Shown here piece after piece: positions 15,842 through 22,984 of a stretch of DNA of 24,000 nt (position 1 is its first letter; each line of letters opens with the position of its first letter). This DNA is from Actinomycetota bacterium (GTDB lineage: Bacteria > Actinomycetota > Thermoleophilia > Solirubrobacterales > Solirubrobacteraceae). The stretch spans positions 27,066 to 51,065 of the forward strand of contig VAYS01000016.1 in the NCBI GenBank assembly GCA_005883215.1, read 5' to 3'. The translations under genes were made by a program, and so were the position numbers. The notes under the pieces were generated by a model. That model worked only from the letters and a program-made list of their open reading frames with translations, searched no databases and had not been told where the DNA came from.

Positions 15842-16948
15842 TCAACGGGCGGCCCGCCGTGGCACGCTGGAGGCACGTTGAGCGCGGGCGCGGATGATGG
15901 CTTCTTCGGCGCTGACCCGGTCGGCCGGGTCGAACTCATCGAAGACACCGGCGTAGGTGTTCAGGCACATCTGGGGGGAGTGGCCGAGCTGGCGGGCGAC
16001 CTCGATGACGGTCTGGCCCTCGTGGATGAGGAGCGTGGCGAAGCTGCCGCGCAGGTCACGCGGCCGGACGCCCTTGGGCAGGCCGGTAGCCTCGGCCGTG
16101 GGCTTGAAGACCCGCCGGTGCCAGTTCTTCCAGTCGTGGCTGGTCCACACGCCCTGTTCGGCTGGGAACACGAGGCCCTTGGATGCCCGCAGACCGGACG
16201 CCATGCGCCAGTCGCGCAGGTCGTCGGCCAGGGGCTTGAGCAGTCGCACCGTCCGCTGGCGCCCGCCGAGCTTGGACGCTCGGATGAGCAGCGTGCGCTC
16301 GCGCATCTGCGGCCAACAGAGGGTGACCGCCTCTGACTGGGGGCGAAGACCAGCGTAGGCGAGCACACTGATCAGCGTGGCGTCGCGTAGGCGGCCGTGG
16401 ACGAGCAGGTGGCTGCGCATCGCCTCGACCTGGACGGGCGGGATGACGATCGGCTCGCGGGTGCGGCGCTGGGATGGCTTTCGCACCAGCCGCACCGGGT
16501 TGGCGGGGATCTCTTCGTCGCGGGCGGCGCGCTGAAGGATGGCCTGGAGCACAGTCAGGGCCTTGACAATCGTCGGGCCTCGGTCGCCGTCGCGGACGAG
16601 CGCGGCGATGAAGTCCTCGACCACCGACGGCTTGATCTCCCGCAGCTGCAGATCGCCGAGGCGCGGACGGATGCGCAGGTCGAGCTGGGTGGCGTACACC
16701 GCAAGCGTGCCCTCGGAGAGCCGGGTCTCGGCGTAGCTCTCCCACCATTCGGTCGCGTAGTCGCCGAGGCGCTGGGTGCCGCGGGGGGCGAGCTCGTCGC
16801 CCAGAGCGATGCGGCGCTTGATCTCGCCGTCGAAGCGGTTGGCGTCCTGGGCACGATCGAACGAGCGGGCGCGGGAGCGCCCGCCCTGGCGCCAGCGGAC
16901 CTTGTAGCGGGTGCTGCCGTCGGGCCGCTGGCTGCGTTCGACGCTCAT
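15842..16948 (-). CDS. int: Tyrosine recombinase / phage-type integrase
   Basis: N-terminal SAM-like domain (YKVRWRQGGR...) and catalytic-domain blocks (YAGLRPQSEA, LRGSFATLLIHEG, LGHSPQMCLNTYAGV with the terminal Tyr). ATG at 16948 overlaps the upstream stop as ATGA. Confidence 0.9.
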   Translation of the reverse strand: MSVERSQRPDGSTRYKVRWRQGGRSRARSFDRAQDANRFDGEIKRRIALGDELAPRGTQRLGDYATEWWESYAETRLSEGTLAVYATQLDLRIRPRLGDLQLREIKPSVVEDFIAALVRDGDRGPTIVKALTVLQAILQRAARDEEIPANPVRLVRKPSQRRTREPIVIPPVQVEAMRSHLLVHGRLRDATLISVLAYAGLRPQSEAVTLCWPQMRERTLLIRASKLGGRQRTVRLLKPLADDLRDWRMASGLRASKGLVFPAEQGVWTSHDWKNWHRRVFKPTAEATGLPKGVRPRDLRGSFATLLIHEGQTVIEVARQLGHSPQMCLNTYAGVFDEFDPADRVSAEEAIIRARAQRASSVPRRAAR

Positions 16949-17259
16949 GGCACCCTTGCCTCGCGCCGTCGGCGGACGCGCTCGCGGAAGCTGTAGTCGG
17001 GCTTTGGCCGCTCGGGGACGGTGGGGTTGCCCCGGGGGATGAGGTCGATGGGCGACGTCGGCCTGACGCGCGTGCGCTCGAGCCACTCCCTCACGCCGGA
17101 TTTGGTGACCCGCAGCCTGCCGCAGGGCTTGAACGCCTCGAGCTCGCCGCGGGCGATCGCCCGGTAGATCGCATCCCGCGCCAGGCCGACCATCTCCCCC
17201 ACCTGATCAACGGTGAACAGCGGCTCGATCGGGGCCTCGCTGCTCTTCGCCCGCACCAC
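16945..17259 (-). CDS. Excisionase-like helix-turn-helix protein and candidate recombination directionality factor
   Basis: LFTVDQVGEMVGLARDAIYRAIARGELEAFKPCGRLRVTKSGVREWLE. I chose GTG at 17259. The ORF stays open up to ATG 17538, which overlaps the M48 gene stop as ATGA, so the longer form cannot be excluded. Confidence 0.6.
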   Translation of the reverse strand: MVRAKSSEAPIEPLFTVDQVGEMVGLARDAIYRAIARGELEAFKPCGRLRVTKSGVREWLERTRVRPTSPIDLIPRGNPTVPERPKPDYSFRERVRRRREARVP

Positions 17260-17534
17260 GCGCAGCCGGCCGCCAGTGCACGGGCGGCGAGCGGTTCGCC
17301 CATCGGGCTCGGCGGGGCTTGTGGCGGATTGGGGCAACGTGGCGATGGCGTTGATGCTCGGTCTGTTCTGCCGTTTGCGGGGTCGGCCGCCGGCCGACCC
17401 TAAGTGTCCCCAGGCGCCGGGGGCGGGTTCTGTCAAGGCCAGCCGCAGGCTGGCCGTACCCCGCCCGTGGGCGGGGTTGACGGGTTCCGCCCCCGGTGCC
17501 ATAGGGCTCGGATGAACGAGCGGCGGACGGAGGC

Positions 17535-18401
17535 TCATGAACCTTCCCCGGCGCTGTAGGCGATGAGACGGTCGATGCGAAGCTCGGTGGGCGGGTGGCT
17601 AACGGCGCGCAGCCAGGCGAACGGGATCGGCTGATCGAAGGGAAGGCCCTCGTTCTCAAGTGACTGGGCCAAGTCCTCTGCGTAGCCGAGGCGAGCGGCG
17701 AACAGGTCGGCCTGGTACTCGCGGTGGCGCAAGTAGGCGCCCCAGATCGGCCGAACGAGGAACAGAGCGAGCTCGCCGGTGAGCAGCATCACCAGGAACG
17801 CCGACGCGAACCCCAGCAGGCCGGCTCCGCGGTCGGGCCATGTGACGCGGAGCGGGATGACCATTCGATCGAGGGCGACGATCAGGCTGCCGTCGATGCT
17901 GTTGAGGTGGCCGAGCTCGTGGGCGAGCGTGGCCTCGAGCCAGCGGCTCTCGATCGCCCCGCGGTGGAGGATCAGCGTTCGGCCGCGAACCCGGGCATTG
18001 ACCTCGGGCGAGTCGAGCACCCACCAGCTCCCCGGCCGGCGGATGCCGGGGCGGCTCTGGATCACGGTGTCCAGAGCATCTTCGACGGCGATGCGCTCGC
18101 GCTCGGATGGCCGGCGCGCACCGGTGCTCTGAACGAACCACCAGCCGCTTCCGATCGCGTACGGGAGCGCCAGGACCGACCAGGCCAGTGGTGCGAACCA
18201 CGCGACCAGGCCCCAAGTGCCGGCGCCGGGGCTGGCGTGGTGGCCGCTGAGCAGCAGGACGATCGCGGCGAGCAGGTAGACGAACAGCCCGCGGGCGAAG
18301 CCCAATGCGACCTGGAGCGCGAGCGTGAGGACGTAGAGCACCACCCAGCCCAGCGGCCGCTCCTTGGGCACGACGGAGGCGATCGGCTGCGCGGCGCTCA
18401 A
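17535..18401 (-). CDS. Membrane-bound M48-family (HtpX-like) zinc metallopeptidase
   Basis: N-terminal TM helices, HEXXH in LAHELGHL, and the downstream blocks REYQAD and HPPTELRIDRL that are typical of M48. The TTG start overlaps the upstream stop as TTGA. Confidence 0.75.
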   Translation of the reverse strand: MSAAQPIASVVPKERPLGWVVLYVLTLALQVALGFARGLFVYLLAAIVLLLSGHHASPGAGTWGLVAWFAPLAWSVLALPYAIGSGWWFVQSTGARRPSERERIAVEDALDTVIQSRPGIRRPGSWWVLDSPEVNARVRGRTLILHRGAIESRWLEATLAHELGHLNSIDGSLIVALDRMVIPLRVTWPDRGAGLLGFASAFLVMLLTGELALFLVRPIWGAYLRHREYQADLFAARLGYAEDLAQSLENEGLPFDQPIPFAWLRAVSHPPTELRIDRLIAYSAGEGS

Positions 18402-19825
18402 AACGGAAGCCCTCCTCCCCGCTCCGACCTACACCGCCCGGCCGGGACATCGTCGCCACGCTCGGATGACGTGGGCGCCTCGCGCGCGTGCGCGCGCGAA
18501 CCCGTAGGAGTGGCCGCCGAGTACTGAGGCACCGCGTCCTCGAGGGGGGCCGAGACCGTGGGCGCCTGGGCGACACGGACCTTCATCGCGCGCCCCTGGG
18601 CGATCACGAACGCCTCGCCGCGATCCAGGCCGCGGACCTCGTTGGGGTCGACCTTGAAGTGATGGGCCCGCCAGGCGGTCCCGTTGCCGGTGGGCCCAGC
18701 GTCGGCGATCTCGTGGGTGCGCTCAAGGGCCTGGCGGGTACCGGCGAGCGCCACCACGGCGTCAGGGGTGTTGACCCGGTGACAGACGACCGTCTCGACG
18801 CTGGCCAGGATCCGCGCCGCCTCCTCGGCCTCGCCCATCCCGGCTGCAACCTGGGGGGCGAGGATCAGAGCCGTGTTGAAGGCGCGGGCCTGCTCGATCC
18901 GGGCGGCCATCGACCCCGACGAGGCCAGTGCGCTGAACTCGTCGACAATCAGCACGCAGAAGCGCTCGCGGGCTTTACGAGCGGTGAAGTAGTGGGCGAA
19001 GTCCTCAAACAGGAAGCGCGCCAGGCCCCGAGCCTCCTCGCGCAGCGCCAAGGTGTCGAGCAGCAGATAAGCGGCCCGGCTGTCGTCCCAGCCCCAGCCG
19101 CCGTCTAGCCGACCGTCGAGCTGCCCGAAGAACGCCTCATAGCGCAGGCGCACGCCGCGGACCTGTTCGGCGGTCAGCGCCACGGCCGCGCTTGCGGGAC
19201 CGTGAACGGAGCGCAGGTGGCGCAGCTCCATCCGCGACAACGCCTCCGCCGAGCAGCGCGGGGGCCCGTCCGGATGCCGGCAGACCAGGGTGAGCACGGC
19301 CTTGGCCACATCCCGGTACCAGGCCGCCGGACCCTCCGCGGCGTAGTCGATGACCTCGGTGAGCCGCGCCTGGACATCGCCCGCTCCACCGCGCCAACCG
19401 TCGAACGGCTCGTCCGGGAACACCCGTGCTGTGCGGCCCGCACACTTCATCAGCCCCACGAAGCGCGCCGCGGTCCGGCGATCACCTTTCCCGTCCAAGA
19501 AGAACACGGGCGCGTCGTTGACCTGGGCCAGGCAATAGGCGATCCGCAACGCCGTCTCGGTCTTGCCGGCGCCGGTGGCCCCCATCACCAGCAGGTGGTG
19601 GGTCATGCGCCGCGGTGAGAGCACGACCAGACCGCCGTGGCAGGGAAGTGCCGGCTCGCCTCGCAGCCGGCGTCCCAGGACGATGCCCGCTTCCTCGCCG
19701 TCATACGCCCTCAGCGGCACGTCTACCTCCGGCCGCGGAAGGACATTCGGGCGACCGCGCCACCCCCGCGCGCGCCAGGGGAAAATCCCGCGTACTGCCG
19801 GCCTTGACGAGGCCACGGCGCTCAC
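18398..19825 (-). CDS. Type IV coupling-protein-like ATPase (TraD/TraG/VirD4 family)
   Basis: Walker A LLVMGATGAGKTE and Walker B CVLIVDEFSAL, in a layout like T4CP/TraM-recognition-domain proteins. GTG at 19825 overlaps the upstream stop as GTGA at 19822-19825. Confidence 0.7.
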   Translation of the reverse strand: MSAVASSRPAVRGIFPWRARGWRGRPNVLPRPEVDVPLRAYDGEEAGIVLGRRLRGEPALPCHGGLVVLSPRRMTHHLLVMGATGAGKTETALRIAYCLAQVNDAPVFFLDGKGDRRTAARFVGLMKCAGRTARVFPDEPFDGWRGGAGDVQARLTEVIDYAAEGPAAWYRDVAKAVLTLVCRHPDGPPRCSAEALSRMELRHLRSVHGPASAAVALTAEQVRGVRLRYEAFFGQLDGRLDGGWGWDDSRAAYLLLDTLALREEARGLARFLFEDFAHYFTARKARERFCVLIVDEFSALASSGSMAARIEQARAFNTALILAPQVAAGMGEAEEAARILASVETVVCHRVNTPDAVVALAGTRQALERTHEIADAGPTGNGTAWRAHHFKVDPNEVRGLDRGEAFVIAQGRAMKVRVAQAPTVSAPLEDAVPQYSAATPTGSRAHAREAPTSSERGDDVPAGRCRSERGGGLPF

Positions 19826-20478
19826 CGTGCGCCTCCCAGCGGCGGGAGCTCGCGGAGGTGGAGCTTCGGCCACTCGCCGCCGGCGGCCAGGCGCTCGAGC
19901 TGGCGGCGCGCCGCCGGCGCGCAGAAGTAGACGAGCGCATCGAAGCGGTCGGAGAGGTCATCGAGGATCTGGATCATGCGCGGCTGGGACTTCTGCGTGA
20001 GCTCGACCTCGACCGCGTGGCGCTGGCCGTCGAGCGCGATCACCGCGTCGGGCAGGTGCTCTCCCCGACGCGCCGTCCGGCCGAGCTCCCGCTCGCACAC
20101 CCACTCGGCCGCGGGTGCGAGCCGATCGATGTGAAGGCGCACCTCGTTGACCGCGGCGACGTGCGCCAGCAGCCCGACCCGCGGTCGCCAGACCCGAAAC
20201 CCGGTGCCGGCCAGGCGCTGCCCCGCCGGCGTCAGCCACACCCACGCGGGATGATCCGCGAGCACCGGCCTGGCCTCGATCAGGCCCGCCTCACGCAGCC
20301 GCCGGACCAGGCGCTGCGTGCTGCGCCGATGATGCCCGAGAAGAAGATCAAGGTGATCCAGCCGCGCGCCGTACTGCTCCGAGACCCAGGCCAGCGCGCC
20401 TAGATCTGATGCGAGGGGCATCTGCCCCGCCTCGTGGCGAGGGCCAGATACGGCTGCGCGTGCGGCGAGCGCTGACAT
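19822..20478 (-). CDS. Replication-relaxation family protein (N-terminal wHTH plus PD-(D/E)xK-like core)
   Basis: STQRLVRRLREAGLIEAR...VWLTPAG, followed by HLPDAVIALDG...AVEVELTQKS. This matches the Replic_Relax family layout. Confidence 0.6.
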   Translation of the reverse strand: MSALAARAAVSGPRHEAGQMPLASDLGALAWVSEQYGARLDHLDLLLGHHRRSTQRLVRRLREAGLIEARPVLADHPAWVWLTPAGQRLAGTGFRVWRPRVGLLAHVAAVNEVRLHIDRLAPAAEWVCERELGRTARRGEHLPDAVIALDGQRHAVEVELTQKSQPRMIQILDDLSDRFDALVYFCAPAARRQLERLAAGGEWPKLHLRELPPLGGAR

Positions 20479-20891
20479 CAGGCGTCTTCCCCAGCCTCGG
20501 GCTCACCGCCTGGCAGGAGGTGCCAGCCATCCTCGCGGCGCTCGAAGCGCGTCCGCTTGCCGCGGTGCAGGTGCTGGGAGATGTTGACCAGCGGCGCGTC
20601 CAACGCCCTAGCGATATCTCCCGCGCGCGATCCCGGATGCTCGACGAGGAAGGCCGCCACCTCATCCTGCGACAGCCGCGGATGTCGCTTCACGACGTCC
20701 CCTGTCAGGGCCGCCCGCGCCGCCTCCAGCCGACGACGCTCTGCCACCAAGCCCTCATAGCCCTGCAGCCGCTCATCCAGCGCCCTCAGCTGCTCGTCGA
20801 TCTGACGCACCAGCCCCAGCGACGGCACCCTTGGGCTCCTCTCGCGGCCCGCCGCGCGCCCCTGACCTCGCTGGCCCCTACGGCCTCCCAT
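20478..20891 (-). CDS. Small coiled-coil plus winged-helix protein, the first gene of the transfer/integration operon and a candidate autoregulator
   Basis: 137-aa ORF with a coiled-coil segment (QIDEQLRALDERLQGYEGLVAERRRLEAA) followed by a wHTH-like segment (LSQDEVAAFLVEHPGSRAGDIARALDAPLVNISQHL). Confidence 0.55.
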   Translation of the reverse strand: MGGRRGQRGQGRAAGRERSPRVPSLGLVRQIDEQLRALDERLQGYEGLVAERRRLEAARAALTGDVVKRHPRLSQDEVAAFLVEHPGSRAGDIARALDAPLVNISQHLHRGKRTRFERREDGWHLLPGGEPEAGEDA

Positions 20892-20926
20892 GGACGTAAC
20901 ATAACGTTATGTCTGTCTATTGTCAA
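20889..20926 (-). promoter_or_regulatory. Sigma-70-type promoter giving a probably leaderless transcript, with a 14-bp palindromic operator
   Basis: On the minus strand: TTGACA (20926-20921), a 17-nt spacer, TATGTT (20903-20898), 6 nt, then ATG (20891-20889). The perfect palindrome ACATAACGTTATGT at 20899-20912 overlaps the -10 element. Confidence 0.5.
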
Positions 20927-21039
20927 CCTCTCTCTTGCTACTCCTCCTCGCTGCACTACCTGCCTACGCCTCCCTCCGATCTGTACTTCGGTCCGGTCCG
21001 TGCCCGAACCGTCCACCTGCAACTGCTACTGCCGCCCCG

Positions 21040-21091
21040 GTGGTTGACCACCCCCACGACCCTTCAATGGGGAGGGGGGGTGGTCAACCAC
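21040..21091. repeat. Perfect 16-bp inverted repeat with a 20-nt spacer
   Basis: GTGGTTGACCACCCCC at 21040-21055 and GGGGGTGGTCAACCAC at 21076-21091. Confidence 0.9.
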
Positions 21092-21402
21092 GCCGAGCGC
21101 AGCGAGGCGAGGGGCGGCGAACGACCGAACGTGCATATCCAGGGGAATAGGGCGCGGGACCGGGCCCCGGTATCAACCGTAGGTTGACGCGGTCGGCGAC
21201 ATCAGCACGACATGGTGAGAGCTGGTGCGCCGAGACGCCGGTAGAGGACTGTGTTGGCCGCCATCGCGCGCCGCGGCCTTAGGCCGTGGGGGCCGGCGCT
21301 CCAGGCTGCCCTGGTTGCCCCGCCCGCGGCTCAGGCTCATACGCCGGCGACGCGCCCGTGAGACGCCTCGGCACTGCCGGGCCTGCTCTGAACGAGACCA
21401 AG

Positions 21403-21438
21403 TTCGAGTTCGTGATCTTGTTCGAGTTCGTGATCTTG
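21403..21438. repeat. Perfect 18-bp tandem direct repeat, two copies
   Basis: TTCGAGTTCGTGATCTTG at 21403-21420 and again at 21421-21438. Confidence 0.95.
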
Positions 21439-21496
21439 TCAACGACGCACCGCCAACCGCACGGCGGGCTAGTCGGGAATCTTCCCCGCTCCGGCC

Positions 21497-21527
21497 TTGA
21501 TTTCCGGGGCCGAGGCAGGCGTAGAAT
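21497..21527 (+). promoter_or_regulatory. Candidate promoter of the ParB-like/SNF2 operon
   Basis: TTGATT (21497-21502), a 19-nt spacer, then TAGAAT (21522-21527). GAGGAGGG (21551-21558) lies 6 nt upstream of GTG 21565. Confidence 0.4.
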
Positions 21528-21564
21528 GACTCGGCAAGGAAGCGGGTCCCGAGGAGGGCATGAG

Positions 21565-22968
21565 GTGACGAAGGAAGGGCGGAAGAAGCGCATCAAGGAG
21601 GCGCTCGCTGCGCTGGACGAGACGCCAGAGGGCCAGCGCGAGAACCTGGCCATGCAGTGGCGCGGTAGTCCGCAGATCCTCCCGGTGGTCAAGGTCGACG
21701 TCGACGTTCCGCTGCTGAACGCCACCAGCCACCGGATCAAGGCCAAGCTCGAGGACCACAAGGACGGCCAGACCGTCAGGGATGACCCCTGGGGCGAGGA
21801 GTCCCAGCGCGTCGTGGCCGAGATCCTGCGCGTGCGGCACAAGCGCTTCGGGCCCCTCAAGGACGACCTGCGCGACAAGGGCCAAACCGATCCCGGCGTC
21901 ATCACTCGCGACGGCATCCTCCTCAACGCCAACACCCGCACGGTGGGCCTGCGCGACCTCGACATGCCGGATCGCCGTTGGCTGCGCGTCGCCGTCCTCC
22001 CCGCCGACGCCACCCCCCAGGAGCTGGCCGAACTCGAGCTGCACCTCCAAGTCCAGGAAGAGTTCAAGGACGACTACCGCCTCCCCGAGGAGCTGCTGTT
22101 CATCGAGGAGCTGGCCCGCGAATACGGCAAGAGCGACGAGCAGATCGCGCGCGACCTGAGCTGGGCCACCGACGATGGCCGCAGCCTCCGGGCCGGGGCC
22201 GAGAAGGTCGCCCAGCGGCGACGCATCCTGATCCTGATCCGCGAGATGCAGCAGATGACCGACCCGCCGATCCCGCTGACCGTCTTCGACGACAAGCTCG
22301 AGCAGATGCGGGCCCTGGAGCAGAAGTACAACGCCATGGTCACCAGCGATCCGGCCAAGGCCGAGAAGTACCGCATCAACTGGCTACTGGCGTTGCTAGG
22401 CGGAACCTCGAGCGTCCATGACCTGCGCAACGTCGACGAGCACTACCTCGACTATCTGAAGCCGCGCCTGCGCGAGGACAAGCGGCTCGGGGAGCACGCC
22501 ACGGCGCTGTTGCGCCCGACGCCGAGCGAGAGGGACAACGCTGACCCTCCGCCCGGCGTCGACGTCCTCGATCCCGGCCGTCCGGCCGACGGTAATGGCA
22601 GCGGCGAGCGCGGCGTGCCGCCGCTACTGAACATCCTCGCCAAGAACGCCAACGGGGACACGGTGACGGTCACCTTGCCCGGCCGCAAGAAGGAGGACAT
22701 CGACGGGGCCGCCTTCCGCGAGGCGGCCAAGCTGGCCAACAAGCAGGCCATCAAGGACCGCAAGACCTCGGCCAAGGCCGCCGACGAGCTGGATGCCCCG
22801 AGCACCGAGCTGCGCAGCGCCCTGAAGCACCTCGAGAACGCCGAGAGCACCTACCGCGGCGTGCGCGGCTCGGAGGCCTTTGACCAGAGGCGCCGCAACC
22901 AGTTCGCCAAGCACCTCGAGAAGGTCGAGAAGCAAGTGGCCAAGCTGACCCGGCTCAAGTCCGAGTAG
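21565..22968 (+). CDS. ParB/Srx-like N-terminal domain protein with a long helical, charged C-terminal region
   Basis: LPVVKVDVDVPLLNATSHRIKAKL, followed by GQTDPGVITRDGILLNANTRTVGLRDL, resembles the ParB N-domain boxes. I chose GTG 21565 because of its strong RBS. The track ORF begins at 21286, but that upstream part reads as non-coding. Confidence 0.55.
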   Translation: MTKEGRKKRIKEALAALDETPEGQRENLAMQWRGSPQILPVVKVDVDVPLLNATSHRIKAKLEDHKDGQTVRDDPWGEESQRVVAEILRVRHKRFGPLKDDLRDKGQTDPGVITRDGILLNANTRTVGLRDLDMPDRRWLRVAVLPADATPQELAELELHLQVQEEFKDDYRLPEELLFIEELAREYGKSDEQIARDLSWATDDGRSLRAGAEKVAQRRRILILIREMQQMTDPPIPLTVFDDKLEQMRALEQKYNAMVTSDPAKAEKYRINWLLALLGGTSSVHDLRNVDEHYLDYLKPRLREDKRLGEHATALLRPTPSERDNADPPPGVDVLDPGRPADGNGSGERGVPPLLNILAKNANGDTVTVTLPGRKKEDIDGAAFREAAKLANKQAIKDRKTSAKAADELDAPSTELRSALKHLENAESTYRGVRGSEAFDQRRRNQFAKHLEKVEKQVAKLTRLKSE

Positions 22969-22984
22969 GCGGAGCGCGCAGACC

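Larger units (their letters stand above)
15439..20926 (-). mobile_element. Core of an integrative, probably mobilizable element: int, xis-like, M48 peptidase, T4CP, Replic_Relax and wHTH genes with their promoter. The true element ends are not resolved within the window.
   Basis: Co-oriented genes joined by 1- or 4-nt overlaps. The integrase lies at the operon end. tRNA-Thr lies 6 kb to the left. I could not identify any att direct repeat by eye. Confidence 0.6.

Noticed and set aside
16945-17538. The full 197-aa form of the xis-like ORF
   Set aside because: The N-terminal 93 aa are Pro/Ala/Arg-rich and contain the 9-bp-stem hairpin GGGTCGGCC-GCC-GGCCGACCC (17380-17400). The HTH domain begins just after GTG 17259. 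I have not fully excluded the long form, because ATG 17538 forms an ATGA overlap with the M48 gene stop.
17656-18576. ORFs 17656-18576 (minus, 306 aa) and 17724-18527 (plus, 267 aa)
   Set aside because: They are alternative frames over the M48 peptidase gene. The peptidase frame alone carries HEXXH, TM helices and M48 C-terminal motifs.
20909-21187. Plus-strand 92-aa ORF in the divergent control region
   Set aside because: It lies in a pyrimidine-rich tract with no coding-type third-position bias. The region is better explained as regulatory or origin DNA.
21403-21438. The 18-bp repeat considered as a CRISPR array
   Set aside because: There are only two copies, they are directly abutting with no spacer, and no cas genes are present in the window.
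21279-22067. Minus-strand ORFs 21279-22067 and 21469-22050, and the 21286-21564 extension of the ParB-like ORF
   Set aside because: They are shadow frames or non-coding sequence. The TRSRTRTRSRTRT-type peptides simply reflect the 18-bp tandem repeat. The promoter, RBS and GTG at 21565 explain the true start.
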